The notes under the pieces were generated by a model. The model saw nothing but the letters and a program-made list of their open reading frames with translations. It was not told the origin of the DNA and did not search any database. From positions 40,321 to 104,320 of the forward strand of contig JACPGI010000004.1 in the NCBI GenBank assembly GCA_016182565.1: 64,000 bases of DNA, read 5' to 3'. This stretch comes from a candidate division WWE3 bacterium. Its GTDB lineage: Bacteria > Patescibacteriota > WWE3 > UBA101185 > UBA10185. A program made the position numbers and the translations under genes. Shown in pieces: positions 18,581-27,938 of this stretch; the stretch's first letter is position 1, and each line of letters begins with the position of its first letter.

Positions 18581-19174
18581 TTACTTCTTAGAGGGCATTA
18601 TTTTGTCAACTATTCCGTATGCGACACTTTGTGTTGCATCCATCCAATTATCACGCTCTATGTCTTCCATAACTTTTTTCAAGGTTTTACCGGTGTTTTC
18701 TGCAATTGCTTTTGCATAACGCTCTCTTATTTCAATCAAATGTTTAGCTGTAATTGCGACATCAGTTGCTTGTCCTTCAACTCCACCTAGTGCTTGATGA
18801 ATCATCGTATACGCTCCTGGAAGCATAAATCTTTTTCCCTTTGCTCCAGCACTTAATATCAAAGCTCCAGCGGAAGCTGCTAATCCCACGTTTATTGTAG
18901 TTACAGGGTTTTTTACATGCTTTATAGTGTCATACATGGCAAATCCTGAGTAAGCCCCACCACCGGGTGAATTTATGTATACACTAATATCTCTTTTTGG
19001 GTCCTCATTTTCCAAAAAAAGCATCTGAGCTATGAAAGTGTTTGCCACCCCATCATCAATAGGCCCTGTAACAAAGATAATAAAATCTTTCAAAAGTCTT
19101 GAATAGATATCATATGATCTTTCAAAGCCGCTACTATCTTTTTCAACAACAATTGGTACTAAACTATTTCTCAT
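18581..19174 (-). CDS. clpP: ATP-dependent Clp protease proteolytic subunit
   Basis: ClpP fold with catalytic Ser (GLAASAG), His (MIHQ), Asp region; 197 aa. Confidence 0.9.
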   Translation of the reverse strand: MRNSLVPIVVEKDSSGFERSYDIYSRLLKDFIIFVTGPIDDGVANTFIAQMLFLENEDPKRDISVYINSPGGGAYSGFAMYDTIKHVKNPVTTINVGLAASAGALILSAGAKGKRFMLPGAYTMIHQALGGVEGQATDVAITAKHLIEIRERYAKAIAENTGKTLKKVMEDIERDNWMDATQSVAYGIVDKIMPSKK

Positions 19175-20054
19175 TTTGATTTTCCTCTCTATCTAAATCA
19201 TCTACTTTTACACCCTCTGCTTCTTCGATAAGTTTTGTTAGAAGTCTATTTTTTGCAATTATGCTTTTAATATAAACTTTTTGTACAGGAGATTTTAATT
19301 TTTCCATCATACCTTTATCCCCTACTGCTGCAATCATCTCCTCAATCTCATTATCTGTTATTACAAGGTTTTCCTCTTTGATAAGATGCGCAAATATAAA
19401 CTCTGCTTTCAGACTTTCCTCGGCATTTTTTTTGTATTCACTACTTAGTTGTTCAACAGTTTTGTTTTGACTTTTAAGAAAATCTTCTACACTCATACCC
19501 ATTGCCTGAATTTGTTGAACCATACGGGAAAACATACGATTTATCTCTTCTTCTATCAAAAGGTCGGCAATCTCTATTTCTGTAAGATCTATAAGGATTT
19601 TGACAACCTCATCTGGGGTTAAATGTACAGCATGATCGTGCTCTTTATGTGCATCTTTAATTTCCTCAAAACGCTTTTTTAAAAGTTTTTTGTATTCTTT
19701 AATTTTTAGCTCCGGGTTTGTGGCTATTGTTGCAACAAATTCAAAGTCTTTAGTGGGTTCAAATTCTTTGATTTCTACTTTTGGATTTGAAATTGGTGCC
19801 AGGTTATTTTCTTTTACAGCTTGTGGATAAAAGACTTCGAGAAGCTTATTTACTACCTCTCCGTAAAGTTCGGATTTATTGGCTTTTTCCTCCACAAGGC
19901 TTACCGGAGCCTGACCTTTTCGAAAGCCAGCTAACTGAGCATTTTTTGCCATCTCCGCAAGGACTTTAGCATACATTTCTTTTACTTTTGCTACCGGTAC
20001 AACAACCTCTAGCTTAAATGTGGATTTTGGCTGTTTTTCTAATTTTACTTGCAT
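19164..20054 (-). CDS. tig: trigger factor (shortened, 296 aa)
   Basis: N-terminal ribosome-binding motif GFRKGQAP; tig-clpP gene order. Confidence 0.8.
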   Translation of the reverse strand: MQVKLEKQPKSTFKLEVVVPVAKVKEMYAKVLAEMAKNAQLAGFRKGQAPVSLVEEKANKSELYGEVVNKLLEVFYPQAVKENNLAPISNPKVEIKEFEPTKDFEFVATIATNPELKIKEYKKLLKKRFEEIKDAHKEHDHAVHLTPDEVVKILIDLTEIEIADLLIEEEINRMFSRMVQQIQAMGMSVEDFLKSQNKTVEQLSSEYKKNAEESLKAEFIFAHLIKEENLVITDNEIEEMIAAVGDKGMMEKLKSPVQKVYIKSIIAKNRLLTKLIEEAEGVKVDDLDREENQNEK

Positions 20055-20094
20055 AACTGGGATATTTTAGCATAGAAGCAGAAAAATCAAGAGG

Positions 20095-21264
20095 TTGGGA
20101 TTTGGATTTTGTTACAATACGGGGGTGTCAAAGATCAAAAAAACTTTATTAGATCAAAACAAGTCTAAATCATTATCTATTAAAAATAGTGTATATAGTT
20201 TACCCTTATATATTCCCGATGCTACCCTCGGAGTTGTACGTGGGCTTGACTCCACCGATCTTACTCAAATAGGAATACAAGGAGTTGTAGTTAATACATA
20301 CCATCTTATGTCTACTCCAGGTTCGCAAGTTCTAAAAGACATGGGGGGAATAAAAAACTTTATGAACTTTAAAGGCTTGGTGGTTTCCGATTCTGGTGGT
20401 TGGCAGGTTTTTTCTTTGATTCATCGAAACAAGAATAAGGGTAAGATCACAGACGCTGGGGTAGTCTTTTCACTTGGTGGTAAAAAGGGAGAGCTTTTTA
20501 CCCCTGAAAATTCTATTCAAATGCAGTTTGAAATAGGAAGCGATATTATAATTTGCTTAGATGATTTCACAGCGCCAAATACTTCACCAGAAAAAGTATT
20601 AGAAAGTGTTGAAAGAACTACCCACTGGGCAAAAAGAAGCCGAATTGAATATGACAAACAAATTGTAGCCCGTGGTCTGACAGATATAACAAGGCCCCAT
20701 ATTTATGCTGTTATTCAAGGAGACAGAAGTGAGGTGTTAAGACAAAAAAGTGCCACCGAGCTTATTGAAATAGGTTTTGATGGTTATGGGTATGGCGGTT
20801 ATATGATTGACGCTGACGGAACACTAGACAAAAAGATGTCTAGATATATAGCCTCACTAATACCCGAAGATAAAGTTAAATTTGCACTTGGAACAGGTAC
20901 TCCTTGGGATATAGCTTACCTGTATTCTGTAGGTTGGGATATTTTCGACTGTACATTACCTACAAGGGATGCAAGGCATAAAAGACTTTACACCTTTAAG
21001 GCAGAACCTTCCTCTTTACAAGATCTGTGTGATAGAAACTTTTATGACTACATTTACATAAATAAGTCTAAATATGCTACCGATGAATCTTTTTTAAGTG
21101 CACTTTGTGATTGTCCTACTTGTAAAAATTACTCAAAAGCCTATCTTCACCATCTTTTTAAAATTGGTGACAATAGTGCCATGCGACTTGCCACCATTCA
21201 CAACTTAAGAACCTACACTAAATTAATTGAATATCTTGAAAACTTTGGACAACTTCTCGAATAA
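20095..21264 (+). CDS. tgt: queuine tRNA-ribosyltransferase
   Basis: TGT barrel motifs (VVNTYHL, DD catalytic region), zinc site CDCPTCKNYSKAYLHHL; start codon uncertain (TTG 20095 or GTG 20125). Confidence 0.85.
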   Translation: MGFGFCYNTGVSKIKKTLLDQNKSKSLSIKNSVYSLPLYIPDATLGVVRGLDSTDLTQIGIQGVVVNTYHLMSTPGSQVLKDMGGIKNFMNFKGLVVSDSGGWQVFSLIHRNKNKGKITDAGVVFSLGGKKGELFTPENSIQMQFEIGSDIIICLDDFTAPNTSPEKVLESVERTTHWAKRSRIEYDKQIVARGLTDITRPHIYAVIQGDRSEVLRQKSATELIEIGFDGYGYGGYMIDADGTLDKKMSRYIASLIPEDKVKFALGTGTPWDIAYLYSVGWDIFDCTLPTRDARHKRLYTFKAEPSSLQDLCDRNFYDYIYINKSKYATDESFLSALCDCPTCKNYSKAYLHHLFKIGDNSAMRLATIHNLRTYTKLIEYLENFGQLLE

Positions 21265-21311
21265 AACCATTTAACCCTCCCCCATAACCTCATTTGGTTT
21301 TTTTGCATAAG

Positions 21312-22103
21312 TTAAACTGAAAAAGTTGAGCTAATCGGTGAGAAAATCAAAGCTGATCCCCACATGAAATTGAAGTTTTTATATTTGAGTTTTCCATCGG
21401 TCATAAGTTTATTTATAGATTTTTTGTTTGGTATTTGAGATTTTGAATCAATCAATTTATACACATACCAATCCCAGAAAAGGTACCTTGAGAACAGATG
21501 CCAATCTATAGCGATTGGATGTTTGTTATCCACTGATACTAAGTTTGCAAGTATAAGTTTAAATCTACCGTTTTGTTTTTTTAGATCAAGTACTAGATCG
21601 ATGTGCCCATTATCAAAAGGTCCATAAAATTTGAGTATTGAATCAACAAAGCTTATAAATTTTTTATAGCCGAATCGATTGCCATTTTCGATCTCCTTCA
21701 CTATTTTACTTTTCATAAGTAACATATCTGAGTAAACTAGTTGGTGATAAGGTGCAATTAGTCCCCCGTTTTTTATAATCTCAAGCCATGTTTTCGGATT
21801 TTTAAGGTAATTTCCTGAAACTGAGGTAATCTTTACAAGTTTTAATTTATTTACTACAAGGTCCAAGTCTTTTGTTGGGATTACATTTTTTGTAGAATCC
21901 AGCTTTTTCAAACCTCTAATTTTTCTATTTCGGTTAATTTTAGCTAAAAGCTTCTCGGGGGTTAGTTTATATCCGTATTTGTTTTCGAACCCATAGTGAT
22001 TGACAGCGTTTGCATATGTACTGAGTTTACACATATCGGGGCTTTTTGGGAGCGCTCTTTTGAGCTTTATTTTTGTTTTTGGTGCGTAATATAGGTTTTT
22101 CAT
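21312..22103 (-). CDS. hypothetical protein, Lys-rich, no recognised domain
   Basis: 263-aa ORF in AT-rich context; long ORFs are unlikely by chance at this GC. Confidence 0.5.
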   Translation of the reverse strand: MKNLYYAPKTKIKLKRALPKSPDMCKLSTYANAVNHYGFENKYGYKLTPEKLLAKINRNRKIRGLKKLDSTKNVIPTKDLDLVVNKLKLVKITSVSGNYLKNPKTWLEIIKNGGLIAPYHQLVYSDMLLMKSKIVKEIENGNRFGYKKFISFVDSILKFYGPFDNGHIDLVLDLKKQNGRFKLILANLVSVDNKHPIAIDWHLFSRYLFWDWYVYKLIDSKSQIPNKKSINKLMTDGKLKYKNFNFMWGSALIFSPISSTFSV

Positions 22104-22293
22104 ATAGGTTATTATTTGTTGTTATTACAACGAAAAAAGGCAGTTGCGAGGGATTTTAGCAAATTAGCTACCGCTGTTCAATGACCACATATTTTAAAGA
22201 AAACCGCCTTAAAAGTCGTTCAAAAACTCAACATTTATAATCTTCAAACTGGTATAGTAATTATAGGTAAAGTTTTTTATTTTTTGTGCTTCT

Positions 22294-23379
22294 ATGTTTT
22301 TAAAACCAAAATTTATACTAGCTACTTTTTTATTTGGTGCTGTTGTTGTTCTTATTTTTAATCATACAAAAAACGATACTATGAAAGACGCGACTGTAGG
22401 TTCTCCGGAAACAAATCACCAAGAGAATAGGTATACTCAAGGTTGTGTATCTAATGCAAAACCAGTTTTTACCCATTACATTACTGATCTATCAAAAATT
22501 GAGAAAATAGCCCCTCTTGGTGGTGTCAGTGGCGGGTCTCCGGGGCGTAGTTATCTAACTATAAAAGAAGGTAAGGTGCCTATTTACGCGCCTGCGGATG
22601 CAGTACTTCAAACAATTGTTTATGCAAGAAGGGGTGGAGATAAAACCCCAGGAGAATATGGACTTTATTTTAGTTTAACCTGCGATGTCTATTTTCTAAT
22701 TGATCATATTGATGAAGTAACCGAAAAACTTCAAAAACTGGCCCCAGAATCCCCCTCTTTAAGTAGTGCTACTCAATTTGGGACAAATCCAAACATAAAA
22801 ATATCGGCTGGAGAGCTACTTGGGTTTTCTGACGGGACACCGATGGCCCATACCTTTGACTTTTTAGTTGAAGATAAAAACAACGTTGCTTTTCATATAA
22901 ATCCAAAACGTTGGACATGGGACCAGACAACCAAAGCTGTGTGCCCATATAATTATTATGACAAAGATAAGAAGACGACCTATCTACAACTCATTCGAGA
23001 GAAGGGTAGTAACAATACAGACTACATATATAGCGACTGCGGGAGTCCATCTCAAGATGTAGCTGGTACAGTATTGGGTGGGTGGTTCCAAGGCGATTCT
23101 ACTAATACCAAAGGTAATTGGCTTGCTATTGGAAAAATGTTTAATTGGGTTGAGGTTACGATTCGTAGAGATTTAAACTTCAGTTTTTCTTTGAAAGAAT
23201 ATGACACAAAAATAACTCCCGACATGTTAAAGGTCGGTCAAGAGACATGTTATCAGGGGTATGGAAATAATTGGATTTGGTTAAGGCTTGTAACTGACAA
23301 TAAACTTGAGTCGGTAATTGGTACTGGGATGTGCCCAGCAGAATTTCCTAATGTTGGAGTTGAATATTGGGAGAGGTGA
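22294..23379 (+). CDS. hypothetical secreted/membrane-anchored protein
   Basis: N-terminal hydrophobic helix (FILATFLFGAVVVLIF), several Cys in the mature part, no recognised domain. Confidence 0.55.
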   Translation: MFLKPKFILATFLFGAVVVLIFNHTKNDTMKDATVGSPETNHQENRYTQGCVSNAKPVFTHYITDLSKIEKIAPLGGVSGGSPGRSYLTIKEGKVPIYAPADAVLQTIVYARRGGDKTPGEYGLYFSLTCDVYFLIDHIDEVTEKLQKLAPESPSLSSATQFGTNPNIKISAGELLGFSDGTPMAHTFDFLVEDKNNVAFHINPKRWTWDQTTKAVCPYNYYDKDKKTTYLQLIREKGSNNTDYIYSDCGSPSQDVAGTVLGGWFQGDSTNTKGNWLAIGKMFNWVEVTIRRDLNFSFSLKEYDTKITPDMLKVGQETCYQGYGNNWIWLRLVTDNKLESVIGTGMCPAEFPNVGVEYWER

Positions 23380-23423
23380 GGGTGTTTAGGATTCGTTGAA
23401 CTATTAGAGTGTTATATAGTGTT

Positions 23424-23798
23424 TTAATTTAGGCTAAAATTGCTTTCAAGTTTTGTAATTCGATTTTCATGTTTGTCTAGCCTGTTGTTGATAAACATTC
23501 TTTCTTCTCTGTATGATAAAAGTTCGGTAACAACTTTATCCACCATATCATATAGTTTTGGAATGTATGAAACTTTTTCTTTGATATCAGCAATATCAAT
23601 TTCAAGTTTGAATACCCGCCTGCTTAAATCAATAAATCCATTTCCCAAAGTATTTAATTTAGATTCTACTGTATTTAATCTGGATTCGACTGTAGTTAAT
23701 CTAGACTCTACCATACCCAGCTTAGTTTCAACTGAATTCTGTCTGTTTTCTAAAGAATCTAAGCTGTTAAAGATAAGTTTTTCTGTTGCACTTTTCAT
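23424..23798 (-). CDS. coiled-coil heptad-repeat protein (VESRLxT repeats)
   Basis: Start moved to internal ATG (MKSATEK) because the track ORF N-terminus overlaps tRNA-Leu; 21-bp imperfect DNA repeats at ~23650-23715. Confidence 0.5.
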   Translation of the reverse strand: MKSATEKLIFNSLDSLENRQNSVETKLGMVESRLTTVESRLNTVESKLNTLGNGFIDLSRRVFKLEIDIADIKEKVSYIPKLYDMVDKVVTELLSYREERMFINNRLDKHENRITKLESNFSLN

Positions 23799-23878
23799 GG
23801 ATAAAACCAAACTAACATAGCGGAATTTCAGTTGCAATATGACAATGTATGAGATTCTATCAGTGATAGAGCTTTGTT

Positions 23879-23962
23879 TGGTGGGCGAGGGGGGACTCGA
23901 ACCCCCAACCGTAAAGGACACGGTTCTAAGCCGTGCGCGTATACCAGTTCCGCCACTCGCCC
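23879..23962 (-). tRNA. tRNA-Leu (anticodon TAG), long variable arm, CCA encoded
   Basis: GGGCGAG acceptor, anticodon loop CTTAGAA, extra arm CCTTTACGGTTGGG, GGTTCGAGTCC T-arm. Confidence 0.85.
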
Positions 23963-24034
23963 GTATGTAAACATCAAAATTTTACCATGAAGTGGGGTTT
24001 TGCTGGAAAGTTTAACCTGTTTTTTTGAAATGGT

Positions 24035-24565
24035 TTAAATCTTATCTGCACTACTGTCGATCTCATTTGAGAACCACTGGACTCCCCTAGCCCAATTTTT
24101 ACTGTTTGGTGGGGTATAAATAGGTGCAATCTCAACAATTGTATCAAAACCCTTTGAGATATAGTTTTTATGAATCCCTTTCCCAACAATTTCTATGGCA
24201 TGATCGTAGGAATCAAATGCAATATAACTATTTCCATATATTCCCCAGCCAAAAGGGTTGTAAGTTCCCTCAATCAATGCCTTACCGCAAGTAGATTCCA
24301 TACATGCGATGGCGGGGAGCAGTTTATAATCTATTCCGTATTTATCAGCAACTTCAACAAATGTTTTAGCATTACCCTTAAGTGGTGAGTGGTACTTGGT
24401 TAAAAATTTTTCTAACGCTTCTACCCTATCCACTCTTTTATAGCCTATTTCGTATTGCATGTTTTTAGTTGTAGTTTTTTGAAGTTCTATTGGTTTAAAA
24501 CCTACTAATATTACTAGAGTTATTGGCACAAATATTGAGTTAAATACCTTTAATGCTTTTGGCAT
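24035..24565 (-). CDS. secreted peptidoglycan hydrolase, GH73 (glucosaminidase)-like
   Basis: N-terminal TM/signal; AIACMESTCGK ... YNPFGWG ... FDSYDHAIEIV pattern resembling GH73 ES...G / N.FG / F.S motifs; paralog of next gene. Confidence 0.5.
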   Translation of the reverse strand: MPKALKVFNSIFVPITLVILVGFKPIELQKTTTKNMQYEIGYKRVDRVEALEKFLTKYHSPLKGNAKTFVEVADKYGIDYKLLPAIACMESTCGKALIEGTYNPFGWGIYGNSYIAFDSYDHAIEIVGKGIHKNYISKGFDTIVEIAPIYTPPNSKNWARGVQWFSNEIDSSADKI

Positions 24566-24818
24566 AATTTTTTAAATCCAAAGTATCCTACCAATTTTTA
24601 ATACACTCGAAGGCACAAACTAAAAGAAGTATCCTTTTGGCGTTAGCTTTGTTATTAAGCTTAAAAATTGGGAAGTATTTGGAGTTGTAAAGTGTGCTAT
24701 ATGACTATATATGGTTGTTGTAACAACCAAAACACCTATAATCAAACTGCCTGTGAATTATACAGGTTATGACAAAGTGGTGCAAATGCGCCACATCAAG
24801 CTACTTGGTTATTTTTAG

Positions 24819-25436
24819 TTAGTTCTCTGGGGATTCAAATTCGTGTATCTCTTCACCGAAAAATCCAACACCCTTACACCAGCTACCCTTTGAAGGCGGG
24901 GTATATATTTTCATGATTTCACAAAGGTCAGTAATTCCTTTAGAAAAGAATTTCTCATCCATATACTGTGAAACCACACTGATACCATGCTCCCAACTGT
25001 CAAATGTTTTAACTTGGTCACCATATACTGCCCACCCCCAAGCGTTATAAGAAGAATTGTCATCAACGTAAGGAACTTTTTTGCCGCAACTTGATTCTTG
25101 AAAAGCAATCGACGCAACAACCCAATATGGGATGTTATTTTTGTCTGCTTCTCTTACAAATACTTCCCCAAGTCCAGCCATAGGACAATTATATTTTTTG
25201 AAAATTTCATCTATCTTTATTGCTCTTGGATCTCCATTTTCTGTAGTGCTTGTCATGATCCCAAGCACCAAAGGTTTACTTGAAAAAATTGAATATTTAT
25301 ATTGGGATCCCTGTTTGCCAAAACTTACAAGAACTAATGTCACAAAAAAAATCAAAACCAAAGAAAAGGAACAGAGCCAGGCTATGGGTAGTACAAAAAG
25401 TAGTGATAATTTTTTATTTGTGTTAGTCAAATACAT
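24819..25436 (-). CDS. secreted peptidoglycan hydrolase, GH73-like (paralog)
   Basis: SIAFQESSCGKK ... YNAWGWAVYG ... FDSWEHGISVV; shares ADK..I.Y / ES.CGK / GWG.YG / FDS..H / YTPPS motifs with 24035-24565. Confidence 0.5.
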   Translation of the reverse strand: MYLTNTNKKLSLLFVLPIAWLCSFSLVLIFFVTLVLVSFGKQGSQYKYSIFSSKPLVLGIMTSTTENGDPRAIKIDEIFKKYNCPMAGLGEVFVREADKNNIPYWVVASIAFQESSCGKKVPYVDDNSSYNAWGWAVYGDQVKTFDSWEHGISVVSQYMDEKFFSKGITDLCEIMKIYTPPSKGSWCKGVGFFGEEIHEFESPEN

Positions 25437-25460
25437 TTGAGTATTTAGAGCGACAACTAT

Positions 25461-25826
25461 TTAATTTAGATACTTTTCTATAGTTTTTATCATATCTTCA
25501 AATGAAATTTTTGTCTTTTGCGCGCATCCTATCGCCCCAAGTTTAGCCGCTCTTATGTAATCATCCTCGTTTCCTAGAATACTTAAAACAAAAACTGGTA
25601 TATCTTCTGTCTCAACATCTTTTTTTAAAAGTTCCAATACTTTATAGCCATCCATTTTTGGCATAATAAGATCAAGAATTATAAAGTCAGGTTTAAAAAG
25701 CTTGGCTGTATTTAAAGCATTTTCCGAATCTTCCACCATTTCTGTAATATACCCGCGAGCTTCTAGTTTTGATTTATATACACGTATTAAAAATTTGTCG
25801 TCATCGACTAGTAATATTCTTTTCAT
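25461..25826 (-). CDS. stand-alone response-regulator receiver (REC) domain protein
   Basis: DDD acidic pocket (LLVDDD), phospho-acceptor Asp in IILDLIMP, conserved T/S and K of CheY-like fold; 121 aa, no output domain. Confidence 0.8.
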   Translation of the reverse strand: MKRILLVDDDKFLIRVYKSKLEARGYITEMVEDSENALNTAKLFKPDFIILDLIMPKMDGYKVLELLKKDVETEDIPVFVLSILGNEDDYIRAAKLGAIGCAQKTKISFEDMIKTIEKYLN

Positions 25827-25827
25827 T

Positions 25828-26286
25828 TTATAGATCTATAAATGTAAAACTTGGTTTCTCTGTAGCTATTTTTTGATCTTTTATATTTAATGCCCTTAAC
25901 CAGTTTGGTTTTATTTTAAATAATATGTAATCACTTTCCGAAAAACTTAAAAGTGGAGGCCAAAATTCACCCAGAAGCTTCAAGGATTCTACAATTTCAT
26001 TAATAATCTTATTTTCCTTATCAACAAATACTGATGCAACACCATCTGCTTGTACTATCATCTGGTTTTGATTCCATACCGAAAAACTTATTTTATTATC
26101 TTCTAGTAGTGACTTTGCCTTATAACTATTTTCCCTTGTTACAAAATAGAAGTTTAAATCGTTATCAACGTAGAAAAGTACAACAGATGACAGGGGGTTA
26201 CTTTTATTTATTGTTGCTATGTTCATGATTGGAAAGCTTTTTAAAGTCATCAGTTTGTCTTCTCTGGTATCATTGGTGTTTAGCAT
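25828..26286 (-). CDS. pyridoxamine 5'-phosphate oxidase-like FMN-binding split-barrel protein (putative)
   Basis: Pattern SSVVLFYVDNDLNFYFVTRENSYKAKSL typical of PNPOx-like/general stress protein 26 family. Confidence 0.45.
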   Translation of the reverse strand: MLNTNDTREDKLMTLKSFPIMNIATINKSNPLSSVVLFYVDNDLNFYFVTRENSYKAKSLLEDNKISFSVWNQNQMIVQADGVASVFVDKENKIINEIVESLKLLGEFWPPLLSFSESDYILFKIKPNWLRALNIKDQKIATEKPSFTFIDL

Positions 26287-26353
26287 TGATTAATTATCTG
26301 TTTTTTTTGTTCAAAATGCAAAGATGCTAGATGGTTGATTAGTATGGGAAATT

Positions 26354-26430
26354 TGGTCGGGGTAGCAGGACTTGAACCTGCGGCCTCGCGGTCCCAAACC
26401 GCGCGCTCTAGCCAACTGAGCTATACCCCG
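26354..26430 (-). tRNA. tRNA-Pro (anticodon TGG), C1-G72 pair, CCA encoded
   Basis: CGGGGTA/TACCCCG acceptor, anticodon loop TTTGGGA, GGTTCAAGTCC T-arm. Confidence 0.85.
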
Positions 26431-26462
26431 TTACAACAATGTAGATTCTATCATAGCCTATG

Positions 26463-27170
26463 TTAAAAGTACTTACTCATCTCAATAAGGTTTAATTCGA
26501 ATGGCTTTGATTCATACACAAACCGGGCACTATTTATAAAGTCAAAGACATGAAGCTTTATTGTGTAGGTACAATTTTCGCTTGTACTGCAAGGAATCAT
26601 GTTTGGTATGTCTTTTTTTTCAATATTTCTTGAAAATTCTGAAATGACAAATGTATGATTATCAATAAAAAATCCCCTATCAAAAAAGCAGTTTAGTTCC
26701 GGTCTACAACTTAAGATCTTTGCATCAATAATCTTATCTTCTCTTAAGCCATGATAATAAACGTCGTTTTCTGTGTATAAGCCGTTTTCTCTTAACTCAT
26801 GCCTGAAATCCAAAAACTCGAATTCGTTTGGTGAAAATCTCACTCCCCTATAGTTTTTAAATAATTCTATTTTAGTTAGATGTTCACTACTTGCAATTTC
26901 ATCCTCTACTGAGCGTATTTTTAAATTCGCCGAATTAAAGACTTCATTTTTTTCTTTTAGCTTAAATTCATCAGCCTCAAGGGTTAAACGTTTTTTATGA
27001 TTTATAATCCATTTCTGGAATTCTTTGCTATTTTCTACTTTTGAAGGAAGTTTTGAATTATCTATAGCAAACTCTTGTATATAGTTACTAATGACAACTC
27101 CGATAACACTTGCAAAGATAAGACTACAAAGAATAACAGTTTGGATTTTAGTTTTTTGCATTTTTTCCAT
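26463..27170 (-). CDS. hypothetical membrane-anchored protein
   Basis: Single N-terminal TM helix (IQTVILCSLIFASVIGVVI) then soluble domain; start at MEKMQ. Confidence 0.45.
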   Translation of the reverse strand: MEKMQKTKIQTVILCSLIFASVIGVVISNYIQEFAIDNSKLPSKVENSKEFQKWIINHKKRLTLEADEFKLKEKNEVFNSANLKIRSVEDEIASSEHLTKIELFKNYRGVRFSPNEFEFLDFRHELRENGLYTENDVYYHGLREDKIIDAKILSCRPELNCFFDRGFFIDNHTFVISEFSRNIEKKDIPNMIPCSTSENCTYTIKLHVFDFINSARFVYESKPFELNLIEMSKYF

Positions 27171-27216
27171 GTTTTTTAGTATTTGCACATTGTAAGTATA
27201 CCAACCTGCCATAATT

Positions 27217-27696
27217 TTGCGCTATACTAGATGGGTGGAAACTATAATCAAAATAATACGGGGTTCACAGGAAAACTTTGAAGATATTCATAAATTAACA
27301 CTTGGATTTACAGCCTTTAATGTTGAAAAATCAGGCAAGCCTGAGGAGTTTTATTACAAGGGCTGGAAGGAAGGTTTTGGGGAGGAAATTAACGATTCTT
27401 TGGATGATAGGGATTCTTATTTTTTTGTAGCATATGTGGATGGTGTTGCCGCCGGTTATATACTGTGTAGATACTGTGAAAATTGTTATAAATTTGAGAT
27501 AGATGAGCTCTACGTCGATCAAAGTTTTCGTCAGCATGGGCTTGGTAAAAGACTTCTAGACTCGGCACTAGAAATAGGTAGGAAATATAATGTTCCTATA
27601 ACTTTGGAAGTTTTTGAATGGAATAAGGATGCTGAAAGCTTTTATATCAAAAATGGGTTTAAATCTGATGGTAGAGTCTTAAAGCTTAGTGAGTAA
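27217..27696 (+). CDS. GNAT family N-acetyltransferase
   Basis: Acetyl-CoA binding motif QHGLGKRLL and GNAT beta-strand pattern. Confidence 0.75.
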   Translation: MRYTRWVETIIKIIRGSQENFEDIHKLTLGFTAFNVEKSGKPEEFYYKGWKEGFGEEINDSLDDRDSYFFVAYVDGVAAGYILCRYCENCYKFEIDELYVDQSFRQHGLGKRLLDSALEIGRKYNVPITLEVFEWNKDAESFYIKNGFKSDGRVLKLSE

Positions 27697-27703
27697 TAAA
27701 CTA

Positions 27704-27934
27704 CTAATTTTGTCCTTCTGGCTTAATATTTCGCTTCCAAATAAGATATCCAAGTGGTAAAAGTCCAAGTGAGTTTACTATCAAAATAGCAACAAACCAA
27801 TTTTTCTCATTTAACCTGGCAGACTTCCATAATGCAAACCCACGTAAAATAAGATCAATAAAAACCAAAGAATAAAAAACAACTTTATTGCCAAATAAAA
27901 GATCTATTGAGTTTTGTACATCTATAAAAGACAT
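27704..27934 (-). CDS. small two-TM membrane protein, hypothetical
   Basis: 76-aa ORF with two hydrophobic helices. Confidence 0.4.
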   Translation of the reverse strand: MSFIDVQNSIDLLFGNKVVFYSLVFIDLILRGFALWKSARLNEKNWFVAILIVNSLGLLPLGYLIWKRNIKPEGQN

Positions 27935-27938
27935 AAAT

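Noticed and set aside
23799-23921. N-terminal 41 codons of track ORF 23424..23921 (MSFTVGGSSPPSPTKQ...)
   Set aside because: Overlaps tRNA-Leu(TAG) 23879-23962; translation is the tRNA read in a protein frame; real start is the internal ATG at 23798
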